Positions 60,816 through 64,000 of a DNA stretch of 64,000 nt are shown here, in pieces; within the stretch, counting starts at the first letter, position 1; each line of letters opens with the position of its first letter. The translations under genes and the position numbers were made by a program. The notes under the pieces are model-generated. The model was not told where the DNA came from. It saw nothing but the letters and a program-made list of their open reading frames with translations, and made no database searches. Source of the stretch: a bacterium (lineage in GTDB: Bacteria; Electryoneota; JAOADG01). The DNA is taken from contig OY820579.1 in the NCBI GenBank assembly GCA_963681965.1, positions 928,001-992,000 on the forward strand, in the 5' to 3' direction.

Positions 60816-63470
60816 ATGAAAAAAACGCTATTCGGTCTTGCGTTTCTAATTATGCTGGTTGGATCGGCTCTCGCCAATCCAATTGGTTTTGACTTTGCGA
60901 CATTCGACGTTAACGGCGAAGTACTCTACACGATTATGTATAATGGCAGCCCGGTTCCTCAGGGAAGCTTGTTACAGGTCATTCGTCCGAACGGCACGTT
61001 ACATGCCCCATCTGAAGCCGCTGGCGATCTTGGTGCAGTATCTGGTGGTGACATCATCAATTCGCAATGGCAAATTGGTGAAGGTACCGGTGCCGATGGT
61101 TTGTTTGCGTTGTTCCTAACGGGTCAATCTTCTGCCCCGAACAATACGCAAAATGCCACTTCGTTGAATGCTGGAACCAATTTCTACGTTCGTATTTGGG
61201 CTGATGTATCACTCGGCGCTTCGGCTCCGTTTGCCTCCGGCTCACATTACGTTGACGGTGGTCCGTATATCGTACCGACTGCTGACGGTTCTTTGTGGGA
61301 TGTCCAAGTTAATCCGACTTCGGCTTCGCCGACTTGGTTGACTTGTGGTTCCGCAGTTCTTCCCGCAGCGATTTCGGTAACTGAAGTTGGCGGTGGCGCG
61401 ATTTCCGCTCCGTTGGATTTCGGTTCCTCGATTATGGGAACTCCGGTTACTCATACCATTCGTATTTCCAATACTGGTGGTTCGGATCTGACTCTTGCCG
61501 GTGGTGCAATTACCGGTGATTTCAGCTATTCCGCATTGACCAGCCCGGTTGCCGCTGGTGGACACCTTGACGTAACTCTTACGTTCAATCCGTCCGCTAC
61601 TGGTGCTCGCGTCGGCGTGTTTGGTTTCACGCACAATGCCGCAGGCAGCCCGTATTCCTTGAGCTTGACTGGTACCGGTCTTCCGGTTCCGGCTCCGGTT
61701 CTTGCCGTAACTGAAGTTGGCGGTGGCGCGATTTCCACCCCGTTAGATTTCGGTTCATCCGTAATTGGTACCCCGGTTACTCATACCATTCGCATTTCCA
61801 ATACTGGAACTGCCGATTTGACTTTGGGTACTGGTTCGATTACTGGCGATTTCAGCCATGCAGCATTGACTACTCCGATTGCCGCGGGTGGTCATATTGA
61901 CGTAGTTCTTACGTTCAATCCGACTGACCTAGGCGTTCGCCCCGGTTTGTTCGGCTTTACGCACAATGCTGGTGTTGCATATTCTCTAGCACTCACTGGT
62001 ACTGGTCTTCCGGTTCCGACTCCGGGTATTGCCGTCAGAATTGGTCTCGTTCCGGTTGGTGCATTGGTTCTGTTTGGTGCCGATACAATCGGTGGCGCCT
62101 CTGACCGCATTTTCACCGTTGAAAATACCGGTTCTGCGGAATTGGTCCTTAACACATTTGCCACGACCGGTGACTTTGCATTCGTTACCGCTCCGGCAGA
62201 TCCACTACCGGTCGCTGCTGGTGGAAACATTCAGTTTACCGTTCGCTTTACTCCGACAGTTGCCGGAACTCGCAATGGCACATTAACGTTCCAGCACAAT
62301 GCGACAGGTTCACCATTCTCCGTGAATCTTGAAGGCACTGGTACTACAGTAAACCGTTGGGCTGACGGTGGAAATAATACTGGCGACAACCCGCATCCGG
62401 GCGACAATGGGAATCCTTGGAATCCCTCGTTCCCACCAGATCCGGGAACGAATAATTTACCGCCAGTTCTCTTGGCGTTCAGCGGTAATGTTGGTGTTCA
62501 GCCGGTTCAGGTTGTAGTCAACTACGTGACCGATTATCCGACCGAATTGCCGGTTGGCGGTTTCACTGGTCCTGGCATCTTCAATCCGATGCCCTACAAT
62601 CCACTTGAAAACATTCAACGTTGGTGGAATATCAACCAGCTCGGTGGCTCAAGCTTCCGCGCCCGTGTTGAACTCTATTTCACTGACAACGATCTGCCGG
62701 TTGGTTTCGGCGATCCACGTACGCATACCCCACGGTTGATGGCATTGGCTTATCACCTTGGCGTGTGGCAGTACTACTATCCGGTAATCGATCTGTACGC
62801 TGCTGGCTCGCCAAACGTATGGCGCGCAACGATGTATAACGTACAGCAGTTCTCGACTTGGACGTTGACCGCTCAGCCAGTTACCCCGGTAACCGCGTTG
62901 ACGATGGACGCTTCGGCAGGTGACCGTCAGGTTACGTTGCATTGGAGTGTTGCGACCGAAGTCAATAACTGGGGCTTTGAGATCGAGCGTAAGCTTGCCG
63001 ACGATCCGACGAGCAATTGGACGCTAGTTCATCAAGAACTTTCCAAGGCTGATGGTGGCAACAGTGCAGTACCGTTAAACTACTACTATGTTGACAGCTA
63101 CAATCTTGAAAACGGTCGTACGTATTCCTATCGTATTACCGACAAGGCACTTGATGGCTCTGTCACGTCGAATACTTCACGCACGGTAACGCCGCATGCG
63201 GCAGTCGTGAATGAATATTCGTTGTCGAACTACCCGAACCCGTTCAACCCGACTACCCGAATTGCATATTCGATGGTATCGGAAGGCAATGTCAAGATCA
63301 CTGTCACCAATATTATGGGACAGACGATTGCGACGTTAGTGAATGGCTCGGCGAAGCGCGGCACGCATTATGTAAATTGGAATGCTAGCGACATGCCGTC
63401 GGGAATTTATTTCCTCCGCATGGAAACTACTGGTTTCAATACGATGCGCAAGATGGTACTCTCCAAGTAG
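60816..63470 (+). CDS. T9SS-CTD protein with three choice-of-anchor D/ASH Ig repeats and an FN3-like domain
   Basis: RBS GGAGG; signal peptide; LDFG...ISNTG..DL repeats; PV..L...V.L.W.VATEVNN.GF.IER; C-terminal NYPNPFNPTT...SGIYF...RKMVLSK. Confidence 0.85.
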   Translation: MKKTLFGLAFLIMLVGSALANPIGFDFATFDVNGEVLYTIMYNGSPVPQGSLLQVIRPNGTLHAPSEAAGDLGAVSGGDIINSQWQIGEGTGADGLFALFLTGQSSAPNNTQNATSLNAGTNFYVRIWADVSLGASAPFASGSHYVDGGPYIVPTADGSLWDVQVNPTSASPTWLTCGSAVLPAAISVTEVGGGAISAPLDFGSSIMGTPVTHTIRISNTGGSDLTLAGGAITGDFSYSALTSPVAAGGHLDVTLTFNPSATGARVGVFGFTHNAAGSPYSLSLTGTGLPVPAPVLAVTEVGGGAISTPLDFGSSVIGTPVTHTIRISNTGTADLTLGTGSITGDFSHAALTTPIAAGGHIDVVLTFNPTDLGVRPGLFGFTHNAGVAYSLALTGTGLPVPTPGIAVRIGLVPVGALVLFGADTIGGASDRIFTVENTGSAELVLNTFATTGDFAFVTAPADPLPVAAGGNIQFTVRFTPTVAGTRNGTLTFQHNATGSPFSVNLEGTGTTVNRWADGGNNTGDNPHPGDNGNPWNPSFPPDPGTNNLPPVLLAFSGNVGVQPVQVVVNYVTDYPTELPVGGFTGPGIFNPMPYNPLENIQRWWNINQLGGSSFRARVELYFTDNDLPVGFGDPRTHTPRLMALAYHLGVWQYYYPVIDLYAAGSPNVWRATMYNVQQFSTWTLTAQPVTPVTALTMDASAGDRQVTLHWSVATEVNNWGFEIERKLADDPTSNWTLVHQELSKADGGNSAVPLNYYYVDSYNLENGRTYSYRITDKALDGSVTSNTSRTVTPHAAVVNEYSLSNYPNPFNPTTRIAYSMVSEGNVKITVTNIMGQTIATLVNGSAKRGTHYVNWNASDMPSGIYFLRMETTGFNTMRKMVLSK
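61376..62027 (+). repeat. Tandem intragenic duplication, about 330-bp unit
   Basis: GTAACTGAAGTTGGCGGTGGCGCGATTTCC occurs at about 61377 and 61707; similarity continues through both Ig units. Confidence 0.9.
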
Positions 63471-63488
63471 TCTATCTTTATTCGAGCG

Positions 63489-63516
63489 AAACGGGGCTGG
63501 CAACAGCCCCGTTTTG
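63489..63516 (+). terminator. Intrinsic terminator
   Basis: AAACGGGGCTG-gcaa-CAGCCCCGTTTT. Confidence 0.85.
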
Positions 63517-63664
63517 TTATTTATGGGAACATTCAATTTAACAGCCGAAAATGTATCGTGAATGCCGCAAGGATTGAAAGTGTATCATGAGTCATGGAAT
63601 GTATCGATTTATTGTTGCGGCAGTGTAAAATGGCATACAGACGTAAAAATTGGAATTCAGCAGA

Positions 63665-64000
63665 ATGAACCGTGATAAGTTGACGATCGCCATTTCGGGT
63701 ACGCACGGATTGATCGGAAAATGCTTGATCGAGCGTTTCCGTAAAATTGGATTCGACGTAAAAAGGATTGTCAGGTTCCCTGAAAAGAGTGCCGATTCAA
63801 TTTACATCGATACGAAAAGTGATCGATACGAAAAATCGACTTTTTCAGGTGTCGATGTCGTCATTCATTTAGCCGGTGCAAGTATAGGCGATGGTCGATG
63901 GACCGCGAAACGCAAACAAGAAATAATCGACAGCAGAGTGATCAGTACGACTGGAATCGCAGAATCAATTAGCTATTCCGAATCAAAACCTTCACTATTC
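63665..64000 (+). CDS. TIGR01777-family NAD-dependent epimerase/oxidoreductase, truncated by the window end
   Basis: Manual translation gives MNRDKLTIAISGTHGLIG...VDVVIHLAGASIGDGRWTAKRKQEIIDSRV. Confidence 0.88.
   Translation, partial: MNRDKLTIAISGTHGLIGKCLIERFRKIGFDVKRIVRFPEKSADSIYIDTKSDRYEKSTFSGVDVVIHLAGASIGDGRWTAKRKQEIIDSRVISTTGIAESISYSESKPSLF

Noticed and set aside
61376-62027. Repeat pair as a DGR template/variable repeat
   Set aside because: Both copies are in-frame coding domains, differences are not adenine-specific, and there is no reverse transcriptase in the window.
1-64000. CRISPR arrays, rRNA, tRNA, known riboswitches
   Set aside because: No regularly spaced repeats or recognisable RNA-gene signatures were seen in any intergenic region by eye; a tRNAscan/Infernal run would be needed to exclude them formally.

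Overview
Bacterial chromosomal window, most consistent with a non-Bacteroidetes member of the FCB group. This is inferred from a full SprA translocon and three cargo proteins with 'YPNPFN' T9SS-type C-terminal domains. Most of it is core and envelope genes: GHMP kinase, DUF4301, Rrf2-cydAB, glgC, sprA, Omp85 and PlpD-like barrels, DUF4175, umuD/dinB, glyQS, a hybrid histidine kinase, acyl-CoA ligase, an amidohydrolase, HAD-acpS-nnr-vanZ-ssb. No rRNA, tRNA, CRISPR array, integrase or transposase was recognised. Two loci stand out. (1) A low-GC two-gene insert between glyQS and dinB (34.2-38.2 kb) encodes an unusual kinase + degenerate NUDIX + NUDIX + viperin-like radical SAM fusion next to a left-handed beta-helix protein; it is a candidate nucleotide-modifying defence/conflict system. 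(2) A three-gene surface-protein cluster (51.4-63.5 kb) has a 2698-aa protein without a T9SS CTD ending in an FN3-like domain that seems to lack its last strand, while the next protein's mature N-terminus (LESGPSNPVG) looks like that strand; this suggests assembly by strand complementation. All family calls are from motif recognition by eye; no database searches were run.
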